DNA from: the human T2T-CHM13v2.0 reference genome, Homo sapiens
Reading direction: 5' to 3' (one strand)
DNA: 64,000 bases
Assembly: GCF_009914755.1 (NCBI RefSeq)
Contig: NC_060935.1
The notes under the pieces were generated by a model, which was not told the origin of the DNA, ran no database searches, and saw only the letters and a program-made list of their open reading frames with translations. Below are positions 14,110 to 26,445 of the stretch, in pieces. The position numbers were made by a program, and so were the translations under genes. Within the stretch, counting starts at the first letter, position 1, and every line of letters starts with the position of its first letter.

Positions 14110-15120
14110 ATTTTGTGAGTTTTGTGCCTGTGGCCGAGTGGAAGCGGAGAGGAGTGAGAGCGCTGGGCGACGCGGCCAGCCAAGGCGAGGCCGGTCCCTC
14201 CCGGGCTTGGGCTCTGTCCCTGCGCGTGAGCCGCCTGCAGCCTTCCGAGGGGCAGCACCGCGACCAGGAACACGCGAACGCGAGTCCAGACCCGGGTTTG
14301 GAAAAAGGGAAGAAGGAGAGGAGGAGAAGGGAAGTTAAAAAGAGAGAGAGAAAACAAGGATGAACGATGGGGAGAAGGGAGGGCAGAAGAGAGAAAACAG
14401 AAGCGGGAAATTCGACAGAGGAGGAGAGGCCCAAAGGGCGGGGAGCAATGCGGGGAAGGGAGAAGTGGGAGGGAAGAAGAGGAGAGGAGTCAGTGGCGGT
14501 GGAAGGAAGGGGAAGAACCAGAGAGAAGAAAAGAGGTTAAGGAAAAGAAGAGCAATGCAAAGTCGGGGCCCCGAATAGTGCCGCATTCTGTGGGCACACG
14601 CCGGGCAGATAGAAAGTATAGACGCGACGCGCTCGGCCCCTCGTCGGGCGTCGGGTCCTGGTGCTGTCGCTCAGGTGCTGGTCCCCAGCTCCAAGCCCGC
14701 CTCGTAGTCGGCGCTGCGGGTGAGATCGCCCGCAAGCACTCAGTTTACTGGCGGCTGCCTACCAGCGGCTCACTTTCCTCGGGGCGCCTAAAGCTCCCCG
14801 CCCCGCATTGCCCCGGGAGCGAACGCTGAGCCCCTGGGACCCAGCCCCGACTCGGCGCAGCGGTTTCCCTCTCGGCTTGCGCCCGGGAGAACCCCCTCCG
14901 TCGTGGCGTCGGACGGCGATGCCAGGGCTGAGCGGTGAGCTGTCCCGGGTCCCGCGCTTTGACCGCGGACCAGCCTCAGGGTCCCGCCGCGGAAGCAGGG
15001 GGCGCGCCTGGGGCCAGCCTGGAGACCCCAGAGTCCGGCGGCAGGACCCCCGGCGCCACCCGGACACCTGGCAGCAGTTCTCGCCTGCCCTGCAGCCGCC
15101 TCTGCATGGAGAAAGAGAAT
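14110..15120. promoter_or_regulatory. Upstream CpG island segment, split by a purine-rich tract
   Basis: CpG is dense at 14110-14300 and 14560-15120. Confidence 0.8.
14301..14555 (+). repeat. GA-rich low-complexity polypurine tract
   Basis: About 250 bp that is mostly A/G on the + strand. Confidence 0.8.
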
Positions 15121-15256
15121 GAAAGAAAACAATTCTAGATGGAGAGGAGGGGAGGGGAGGCCAGTTTGCAAATACTTCGGGAATGAAGTTCCTCAAAGAC
15201 GCGTTGCGGGCCTTGTCTAATGCTAGGCTGTGACTTGGCCTCTTAACATCTATTTT

Positions 15257-15556
<300 letters not shown>

Positions 15557-15599
15557 CTAATGATTAGTCCTCTGGGCGTGTCCCTCCCTCCTAGTTTAA

Positions 15600-16170
15600 T
15601 CACCGGCCCAGGCGCCCTCATTTACTTGCTTCCGCGGCCACCAGGGCCCCCTGGGCAAGCAGCTCCGCAGAGAGCCCGCCGGCACTCGCGGACGCTTCTA
15701 GGCTGGGAGCGGGGAGGAAATGTCACCGGCCCCAAACTCGGCCCTAGGGAAGGCCATCCGCGTCTATACTTCTCAGTGTCCCTGTCGTGCGTTTTCCTTC
15801 CAACCCCATGCACACTCATTCCAACATAAAGTCGTGGAAACGGGCGTGCACTGGGCTGTTCCCGCCGAACACCGGGCGCGACTCAGGCTGCCGGAGGCTT
15901 CCCGGGCGCGGAGGCTCGGCGGGGTCCCCTTTACGCAGCAATTCCAATGAACAACTAAAGTCCGTACAGATTTTGATTGGAACAGACCCTAAGACTAAGA
16001 GCCTGGAAAGAAAAAGGCAAATCACCCAATAAACGCCTGTCTTCGCGACTCTCTAACCCGGTCGTATCGCGAGGGATCCGGATATTGAAAGCCCCTTTGC
16101 CGGAAGACTCGGGCGCTGGGAGAAGCCCGCATGGGACAGGCTGCCCCAGTGCCCGCCGGCTCCCTAGAAT
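15600..16170. promoter_or_regulatory. CpG-rich segment between two inverted Alus
   Basis: Unique sequence with high CpG density. Confidence 0.7.
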
Positions 16171-16241
16171 CGTGCAGCTCTGACCCTTTCCAACGAGGAA
16201 AAAATGTTTTTATAAACAATGTTTTAAAAAAAACCGCACAC

Positions 16242-16570
16242 TTTTTTAAAAAGTCAGAATCTCGCTCTTGTCGCCCAGGCTGGAGTGCAGTGACGAGATC
16301 CCGGCTCACTGCAGCCGCGAACTCCTGGGCTCAAGATTTCCTCCTGCCTAAACCTCTCCAATAGCTGGGACTACAGGTTTCCTCTTGCCTCAACCTCTCC
16401 AGTAGCTGGGACTACAGGCGTGCACCACCATGCCTGTTTTTAATTTTTCTTTTGTAAAGACAGGGTCTCCCTATATTGACCAGGCTGGTCTCGAACCTCT
16501 GACCTCAAGCTATCGTCTCACGTCGGCCTCCCAAATGTTGGGATTACAGGCTTGAGCCACCGCGCCCGGC
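16242..16570 (-). mobile_element. Alu (AluJ-like) with an internal 41-bp duplication
   Basis: Antisense dimer with J-type GCAGCCGCGAACTCCTGGGCTCAAG. Duplicated block at 16337-16377 and 16378-16418. Confidence 0.9.
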
Positions 16571-16699
16571 GATAACTCACACTTTTATTAGTTTTTCTTT
16601 TCTTATCTTTTTTTTTTTCTCAGTTTTTTATGAGGGTAACGGACGGGGCCAGGGTCATTTATGATTTGGGATCTTGGGGCAGTCAAGTTTGCAACTTCA

Positions 16700-18010
16700 G
16701 CTCAAAAGTCTTACGCTCGGAGCGCGCAGGCTCAGCGCGGGCTGCGAGACTGCGAGTGGAGGGCTTGGGAAGCCGCGGTCTTCGGGAAACCGTCCACGCG
16801 GGGAAGGAGAAAGGCACGGTGGGTCCTCGGGGGCACTGGCTCTGTGGCCCGAAGTCCCGGGAGCCTAGTGAGGACTAGACTTCTTTCTAGTAAGAGACCT
16901 GAACGTGCCCTCCCGCTGGGCTGCGGACACTGGGAGCCGGGCCGGCGGGTGGCAGGACAGGCAGTAAGGTGCTCATGGGGAACACTGCCCCGGGGAGCTA
17001 CCGGCCTGGGCCTTGGCCGCGGGCTGGGGCGGTGCGCGCTCCCCGCACCGCGCGCACACTCCTGCACACACACCTGGAGCGCGTCCCGGGGGGGAGGGGG
17101 AGGAGAGCCAAAACGAGCGTCTTAAAATAGAGAGCCAGGCAGAGGAGCGCGAGACACCAGAGCGGGAGGCAGCGACTGAGAGCCGCCGGGCACTAGGCGC
17201 GCAGGTCGGCGCCGGAGTGGCACGGGCGGGCGGGGGCGGGGTGGGCGCGGACGCCCCTCAGCACACACTCCGCACCCGGCCCTGCAGGAAGCTCGCGCTG
17301 ATTGACAGCTGCGTTGTCCCAAAAAGGCTCAGCGAAGATGCTGATCTGCGGGTGGGTCTAGACGCGCGGCAGGCGCGCCCGCTACCCGCTCTCCTCCGCG
17401 CGCCACCCGAGCCCCGCCGCCTCCCCAGCTGCCGGGAGCGGGGCCCAGGCCCCGCCGTCGCGCCAGCCCCGCGGCCCCAGCGGGCCGGGCACTCGCAGCC
17501 GCGCTCGGGCCGGCGGACGCTCGCGCCGGCTCACCATGCACTGCCACGCCGAGCTGAGGCTGAGCTCGCCCGGCCAGCTCAAAGCAGCCAGGCGGCGCTA
17601 CAAGACTTTCATGATCGACGAGATCCTCTCCAAGGAGACCTGCGATTACTTTGAGAAACTTTCCCTCTACTCCGTGTGCCCGTCGCTGGTCGTGCGACCC
17701 AAGCCCCTGCATTCCTGTACGGGTAAGACGCTCCGCTAGGGGATAAGTGGGGTTCGGTAGCTTTCACGTCCGTGTAGGTGGCCTGTGCTTTGCGATCCGA
17801 GGGCGAGAGGAAGGGTTAAGTTAAGGGATTCTTTTCCTGCGCCTCAGCAAGCGGTGGGCATTGCAAAGGCATCTGCGACGTGGCCGGGAAGGACCACGCA
17901 AGGTGTGGATGGCACGAGTGGAAATAAAGGCGGCAGGGCCTTAGGAGTGGGCTGCTCGCGCAACGCCTGATTGTCCTGCTCGGAGGAGAACGCTTCCTCG
18001 TTTCCTGCTG
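16700..18010. promoter_or_regulatory. BARX2: CpG island: BARX2 promoter, 5'UTR and exon 1
   Basis: Very high GC and CpG density. Contains GC boxes (17224-17245), TATA/MEF2-like CTTAAAATAG (17121-17130), TGATTGACAGCTG (17299-17311) and CArG-like CCCAAAAAGG (17318-17327). Confidence 0.9.
17536..17722 (+). CDS. BARX2: BARX homeobox 2, coding part of exon 1 (62 codons + 1 nt, phase-1 intron)
   Basis: Translates to MHCHAELRLSSPGQLKAARRRYKTFMIDEILSKETCDYFEKLSLYSVCPSLVVRPKPLHSCT(G), recognised as the BARX2 N-terminus with the eh1 motif FMIDEIL. Start context is ctcaccATGc, inside a CpG island, and the exon ends at donor CGG|GTAAGA (17723). Confidence 0.96.
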
Positions 18011-18268
18011 AAAGTTCAAACACTTGAGCAGGTTCAGCGTCTAAATCGTTGTTTCAGGAAGTGGTGGTGTGTGTGAATTTCAAACTTGAGCTTGGCGGCC
18101 TTGCATCTCACCTTGAGTTAACTTGTCCAGCCTCCTACTGTCTCCACTGTGAATTTTGCAAGTAAATCAGTATCCTGAGGTTCTCAACAAAATCTCGAAT
18201 TCACTGAGCTTTGCTTACAATGATCGCCCTCTGAGAAAGTAGTTCTGAAGTACATTGTCTTTGTGGCA

Positions 18269-18336
18269 CAAGCCGAAAAGGTCACCCTCGTTTGTCTTAA
18301 GTCAAGCCGAAAAGGTCACCCTCGTTTGTCTTAAGT
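18269..18336. repeat. Perfect tandem duplication, 2 x 34 bp
   Basis: CAAGCCGAAAAGGTCACCCTCGTTTGTCTTAAGT at 18269-18302 and 18303-18336. Confidence 0.97.
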
Positions 18337-21300
18337 GACCAAAACCAGCAATGGTAACAATGAAAACATTACTCACACCTGGTTTTCTCTCTTCACGGGA
18401 GCTAAGAGCAATAGTAAAGATAAAGAGAACTTAATACATATATTGAAAACGTAGTAGAGTTTCTATCGAAAATAAATCCAAGGTACTTTTAAAATTTTGA
18501 ATGCATTAAGAGAAGATCCAAGTTTCAAAGTATCTCGGCATTGTTAGGATTTAGGTTATGGAACATGGGTATAATAAAACGAAAAAGAAGTAGGAGCACT
18601 TTTTATCAGAAGAAAGTTATTGAGTGTGCTTTCCATTAAAGGTAAGCATAAAGTATTTCCAAACCAAAAGAACCTTTGAGATTGTTAGTTGCATGAGAGG
18701 CATGAGATAAATTAAATTACACTTAAAATGAAAAAATGAAGGGCCAACAGTTTTGGAAGATATTTTTTGGAACATTTGAGTTGTTAATGCTCAATGCGTG
18801 GAATCCTGTATTTTCTCTTGGTTCCATTGATAGTCCCTATATGACAATCAGTAAACATATGATAAATACATACAGTGAAGTTCTTTTAAAACCAAATTGT
18901 TCCTACATGTATTTGGTTGTAAAATGTATACTGTATTCAGTTATGCCTTTTTAAAGTTAATTTGTCTGTAAGGTAGAATTAGGCCTGATGTCCCATAACA
19001 AGCCTTGTAATACTGAATTTTTAAAACCAAGAAATATATGAAACAAGGAACAAATAAGAAATTTTAGAAACAAGATAGATCTCCTGAGAACTGATATTTT
19101 TACATTTGTGTATAGGTGGTTGTGGACCCTTGGACACATACATACTGAATAGGGGTGATAAGTTGAATATTGTTTTGAGCACAAATCATCCTTTGTTATA
19201 ATAACTCAATTCCCTTCGAGGAAAAAGAGAGGATCTGTTTCAGTCATTAACATTGCGTATGGGACATTCCCAGGACAAAACAGAACAACTTCTAAGCACC
19301 TAGGTAGAGCCTAGTGCCGGCAGAATTTTCAGTGACTTTGTGCTGTGTTGACTTGAAGGCAGCTTTTCCTGGCTTATAGGAGTCACAGAATTGGATCATA
19401 GAAGAAAACGTGGCAGAAGAGGAGTAATAAATAGCTGCAGAGAATAGTCATTCAGTCAGAGGTGGCTGAGTAAGTGTCGTGTTTTATTGAACCTTGTGTG
19501 GGAAATAAATCAGAGGAAAATAAAATGATTCATATGTAGTTTTGTGAGTGTTATAAGTGAAATGCACGTATTTCACAGACTTAAGTGTTGCTCAGTCTTG
19601 TGCTTTTCGAAGTTCACTGATGGTTCGTGGTAGAGGGTGGCTGTTGGCAATGGTTTTCTGGCTCCATTATTCCAGTACTTTCTTCTTTCGGATTGTTAGT
19701 TGAAAATGTGTCGTTATTTTGCTCTAGTTGAGAATTAAAATATAGAAACTGGGATTTGCTGGTGGAATTAAACCCATAAAAACTGGCTACAATAGTTCAT
19801 ACTTTCAGATCATAAGCCTTCAGTGGGTTTACAGTTACAGTTAAAGCCTTACATGTATTAGATCATGGGAATCCCATTAGTGTCTTCTCAGGGGTTTTGC
19901 AAATACCATACTTTCAAAGCATTTTTGTTTTTAACAGTTAAGGTCAGGACAAAAATCTTTGATTAGATGAATGTAATCTTTTTTCTTATTAATTAAAAAC
20001 AACAACAATAAGTTGCTGGCATCCCAAAGGACACTGTAATTTTCTTCTTTTCTTTTCTTTTTCTTTTTTTTTTTTTTTTTTGCTAGATGGAACTAAATGT
20101 TGAGCACTGGTGGTGGAAGCAATGCATAAAAAGTTCAAGTGAAAGGCATACATTGGAATTAAAGTTACTGAACTTTCTCAGCCTTTCATTTGCTGATTTA
20201 AGATTTAAAGATGTGTAACAGAAGTGAACTGTGTCAGGTAAAATAATGAAAACTAAGAGAAAAAAAAGGCCTCAAAATTAAAAAGTTACCAGCATGTACA
20301 ATAAGTACATAAAATTGGGATGGAAAGAAAACTACAGCATTAAAAAAAAAAAAAACACTGCATAATGAAACAGTTCATGCTCTGTGGATTTAGTAACCTA
20401 AAGGTCAATTTATGGTACCAAATATCAGGCAGAATAGCATGTATTCAAGCAAACTGAGAAATGGAAATAGTTTTCATCTCAGGCAGATAATCACCTGACA
20501 GGAATTTATTGTTCGACATTCTAGCCTTGATGGAATCCTCACCTTCCAAAAATTGTTGTTTAACAGACGCTTTCTTATTATAAACACAATAATTTTAGTC
20601 TTGGAAAGATGTCTCTAAATTTCTCTCGGTTTCCTAGTACGTCTCGTAAATCATCCTAATAGACACTGCAAAAGGGAATCCTTTCCCTGTAAGCCTCACC
20701 ACAGAACGGTTTATCATCACATTTAAACTAAAATTTAAACAGCTAAGCCCAAAAGAATGCCTCCATTTGAAAAGAGTTGTGTCATTCAGGCCATTGGTGA
20801 GGGGTGGAATATGCTTAGAATTAAGTTAGTATATAAAAAGTTGGTTTTATTCTTAAATCTGTAAACAGTAATCCCTACTCAGAAGGCAGTGTAATGCCAT
20901 TTAGAAATCAGCGATGAGCTCTCCAACTTCAGAGCATTGACCGTCATTACAAAGGCCAAAAGAGAGGTGCATTTTAGGATATCATAAATACACTTCATTT
21001 AGGATGCTTTATTTTCTTTTTCCGGTTGTGATTAATGTTTCTTGGTGGAAAAGCCCACTTGAAGAAAGCTGGTTTCTTGGGGTAGAATAGTTTGTGGAAG
21101 CATCGGCGTGGTCATTTTTGAAGCCTCTGCCTTTCTGTCTGATCTTTAGAATCAGGCAGTTTCTAAATTTGAGGCGTGTTGAGAAAAAATGGATAACTTG
21201 CTTCACAAAAATAAGGATTGTTACAATTACCCTAAGGGTTTTCACATGAAGATACTGATAAATGAACCTATGGTACTAATTACTTTTATTACAATTTTTC

Positions 21301-22309
21301 TACTTAGAACCTAGAATTACCTTACATTTACACATGCACTTTTGTGGGGAGGTGAGTGTAGATACTTGGACATTTTACAGCCTGCGAATAGGATGAGACT
21401 TTTAATTATTCCACTAACCTATAATCTAATTCTTTTCCCCTTCTCTGGCAGAATGGGTCTGTTGAATCTCTTACCTGTCTGATCTTTGGTGGTTAGACCT
21501 ACAGAGCTGGAGCGGCTCATAAAATCATAGATCAATATCCTCAAGCAGAAGGTATTTTTTGCAAAGTGCCAGGGTCACGTCAGTGCTTCGTTATAGTTTC
21601 AGTCCACTGTATGCCACTCTCCTCCTTGTCATAGTACTCAGAAATCAGGAAGACTTTTCCAACTTGGTTACACACCCGGGACTAACCCGTGCAGTCACAC
21701 CCAGGGGACAGTCAACCAGCCAGTTAGAAGGGACATTTGGGGAAGGGTGTTTATCTTTTAGGAGGTGGCATCAAGAACATTTTATCCTGTGGTGGATCCA
21801 AGAGAAGCAAGTCCTTTGGGGTAGTGTCCTTGGGTGCGTTTTTATCACAAACATTGGGTGTCATCCCAGCAAAAAATTAAATGCGGTGCAGGTATGTATA
21901 GTGTCTCGTTTGGGAGTTAGGGAGCTGGCTAGTGCTTCATGGAGTTAGCTCTGGTGACTCTCCAAATCTCAGCTTGGTCTTTTTCAGTCAGAGACCCAAA
22001 CTCATAGAATCTTAGGAACCTGAGAGTTGGATACTGGAATGTTAATGGAGAAACATAAACCAAGGTCTGGGAAAAATGATCGTTATCAACAAGCATTTGT
22101 ATTTCTGCCAGAGGCACATAGGCTTTTATTAGCAATTACTCATAACTGCTTCTCCTGTTCCCATTGTAAGGGTAAATAAATAGAGGGATGCACGGGATCT
22201 GGGACTCATCCAGGGTCAGTATATATTTGGAACTGAGCTCTTTTGGGATCCTTAACTGTTATCTCACTACTCTTTTGCTAGAGATACCAAGGGATTCCTT
22301 AGGAGTCAG

Positions 22310-22568
22310 TTTTTTTTTTTTTCTTCCAATAGCGGGATCTTGGCTCACTGCAACCTCCACCTTCTGGGTTCAAATGATTCTCCTGCCTCAGCCTCCTGAG
22401 TAGCTGGGATTACAGGCGCCCATGACCACACCCAGCTAATTTTTGTATTTTTAGTAGAGACAGGGTTTCACCATGTTGGCCAGGCTGGTCTCGAACTCCT
22501 AATCTCGTGATCCACCCGCCTCGGCCTCCCAAAGTGCTGGGATTATAGGCATGAGCCATCGCGCCCGC
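22310..22568 (-). mobile_element. Alu (AluS) missing ~35 nt next to the tail
   Basis: Poly-T joins almost directly to CAATAGCGGGATCTTGGCTCAC. Confidence 0.9.
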
Positions 22569-22867
22569 TGTGAAGTCGGTTTTAACTCATGAATAGTTCA
22601 TTAGCGGTGTCTTCTCTGGCTCTGATTTTTCTCAAAGCAAATGAAAAAACGATTAGAAATTTCGTTCACGGGTTGAAATGCCCTTCCAAATGTCCACTGT
22701 TCACTATCATTTAATTCAATAATTTCATGCAACAAATATTTATATTTGCTTGGTGATGGCATTGTCATTGAGTCTATTATTTTGAAACTTAATCTAACTG
22801 TTGACTAGCAGTTAGGGTGTTTAAAAACTCCCTCTCAACTACTTGTAGAACCATTGCTAAGCCCTTC

Positions 22868-22914
22868 TTTGTTTGTTTTGTTTTGTTTTGTTTGTTTGTT
22901 TGTTGTTGTTTTTT
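22868..22914. repeat. (TTTG/TTTTG)n microsatellite
   Basis: Read directly from the sequence. Confidence 0.85.
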
Positions 22915-23560
22915 CCTAGTGTATGTGAGAGGCAGCTCGGAATTGGGATAGGGGAACATCTAATACTTTTGCTTACTATGTGGAATTTTCTCTTTGAACT
23001 CTACCTACAGGGTGTTATCACCAGCAAAACTGTCAAATCAACTTTGCTACATACAACTCAAATGAAACTCTATTATGAGGCTGATTTCCTACAGATATGT
23101 TTGTTTTTTGCTGGTTGTATTTCTGGATCCAAGACTGAATTTGTGATAGAAACATGGATAGTATAAAGTTGTTAGTTTTAGCATATCCTAGAAATCAGAG
23201 TGGAAAGATTAAATGTAACATATCCCAAAAATCTATATGAAAAGGAGTTAGGATTGCAAAGGATTCTTTTATTTATAAAGAGAGATTGAAAGGAAAAAAA
23301 AGAAGGGAAGAAGGAAAGTAAGAGTGGGTTTCTTTGAAATTCTTGAGGCTGCACAGATTCAGCCTCATAGCACAGCATTCCTCCGAAGGGCTGTACAGGC
23401 AAAACAAAGGTGGCTTGTGAAATTCTGTCGCTCCATGGGTACTAAATGGCTAAAGTTGATTCTACTTAGACGCGTGCTGGGGCCTCTTCAAGGTTGAGAT
23501 CCAGAGCTTAAGCTCTGCGCAGCATTTAGCCTTCGCTCTGGAAGACTGAGTAAATGTTAA

Positions 23561-23974
<414 letters not shown>

Positions 23975-25341
23975 GAGGCCTCTTAATTTGTACTGAGCTT
24001 GTGAACGTGCATGCTATGGAGCCTGAGGGTCTTCCTTGCCACACGTCCTGCCCACGACTGTAGTTAGCAGACTAGAGTTGGTGGGTCTATGGCTAAGCCC
24101 ATTGACAAGCTCTCAGCTGGAATATGGCTGCAAGGACTCAGGTGGGATGCATAAATTAACGCCTCATTTTGCATCTTCTGTTGGGGATGCACTTCTGTTT
24201 TACACTCCAGTCTTGTGGAATGGGTGTTTCTAGTGTGGCTCTAGGGACGCACTCACAGCTGGATTAACCACCTTTTCCCCGAGAACTTGCTAAAGCCCAC
24301 AGGTGCTCAAAGGATGGGCAAAAGACCACTGTGCTGCAGGTGGCACCCTCTCTTGGAAGCAGCATGACGACGAGAAGAAGAGAAGCATTGAGGGCATTCG
24401 TGCAAAGACTGCAAGCGTGGAGAAGCACCTTGGGCCTGCCTGTCGGTGCCTGCCTCCATTTTAGCTGCCTGAGAGGATGGAACGGTAGTTTCTTTCCACA
24501 GCACAGATGGCAAAATCAGAATTCACGTTAGGATTTATTAGTAACGGGAGTCAGACCAGGACTTTGTACAAACTTGGTGGCATTCACAAATACTCTCCAG
24601 GAAGAGAGGTGTTTTGTTTGTTTGTTTTTTAACCAGAAAACCTTTGCAAACCCTCAGGATTTAATTTATTTTTATTACAGCTTAGTAACAGTTAGAAGAA
24701 GGAAAGTCTTGTTAAAATAAATGCTCTAAATAAAAACACAGTTAATTTTCCATTACCATGTCTAATTACTCATCATCACCAGGGCATTTTTATATGGCAA
24801 TTTAACTTCTTGAAAGTGGAAACTTGGCACACGTTTAAGGAGGAAAGCCATGCACCTAGATAGATATCAGAAGGCGGTATAATTATATTTGGGCTCGAGT
24901 TGAATCCTACATATGATTGCTCTGAAGAAGAGAGAAGAGAGGGCCTCTGTCCGTAGTCACTAAGGAGAGACTCTGGTTTCTTGAGTGCCAGTTGAAATTG
25001 AATACAGAGGGAGAGAATTCTGAAGATTAGGTGATGTTCAAGTACATCTGAAAAGGGCCCCTGCCAGTCACCAGTTGAAGTTGATTTCAGGGCTAGTTGA
25101 GAAGTCTGGAGGGCAGCTCTGTAAGCTTCCTCCTGGCAGAGTGCACACAGATGACACAGCCTTCCTCCATGCACAGGTCAAAAGACGACTGAAGAGAAGC
25201 CAAGCTGGGAGGATCTCAGCACCAAACTAACTACGTTCCATGTACAAGCAGACACGCTTGCAGGATTCCTTTTTACCGCGTCTTTCCAGCTTACCAACAT
25301 GTCCTTAGGAACATATTCTTCTGGGTATTGAGGAAAGATGA

Positions 25342-25647
<306 letters not shown>

Positions 25648-26445
25648 AGATGAGTATTTTCACAATGTGCATAGAATAGGATTGGCTGCTGCCTAGGTGA
25701 TGTCAGATCATTTCTGATCTTTTTTTTTTTTAAAAAAACCAACATATGCATTTGGTAAGTGATATGATGCTTATCCTTTGGTTTTTCTTATTCAAGGATT
25801 ACTTACCATGTGGAGAAATGGAGTGGTCTTGGGCCTGATGAAATTTCATGAAATAGTGGCTATATTTCTGTCCTGGGAAGTACCTGGTACTGGCAAGTCC
25901 CTGATATTGATAACCTGCCAACCTCCACTGCCCACCTTTCTTTCCCAGAGTCCTTTTCACTCGGTGAATTAACCATCACTGAGACTCAGGATGATGGGCT
26001 TTTCCCAAAAGAGGTCACAGTCTCGTGTGGATTGAAGGAAGTGTAACTTCCATGCTTAGTTTAAGCAATATCTAAGGGAGCTGACTTTGCACATTTCCTA
26101 ATGGTAACTTATAGACAATGGAATGCTGATATTGCATCTTCTTATCTTGAGGAAATATCATGGGCAAGAAGAGTTGCTGAGACTCCTTTTTCTGAGTCTT
26201 ACAGTACTTATCCAAGGGGAGCCACAAACTTGAGAGAAATGCTAGAAATACTTTATACCCTAAACCATATTCATAGACAGGGCAATAATAGTAATAGCGA
26301 CTGTTTAGAAATTACCTAACATGTAATAGGCACTAGACTCAGTGCTTTTTGATCAGCTTCAAAATATCCCTATGAAATAGGTTTATCATCTCCTTTGGTA
26401 ATGGTGGAATCCTAGAAGCTAAATGACTTTCCTAAAGTCACAAGA

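Noticed and set aside
17013-17654. 213-aa ORF overlapping the promoter and exon 1 in another frame, plus many 60-180 aa ORFs at 14076-17970
   Set aside because: The long ORF starts at TTG, and all are Ala/Arg/Pro/Gly-rich products expected from stop-poor CpG-island sequence. No recognisable domain.
17723-17739. ORF-track extension GKTLR* after exon 1
   Set aside because: This is read-through past the GTAAGA splice donor into the intron.
18269-18336. 34-bp direct repeat as CRISPR-like
   Set aside because: Only two abutting copies with no spacers, in a mammalian intron.
23502-23517. Perfect 16-bp palindrome CAGAGCTTAAGCTCTG
   Set aside because: About one such palindrome is expected by chance in 64 kb, and there is no supporting context.
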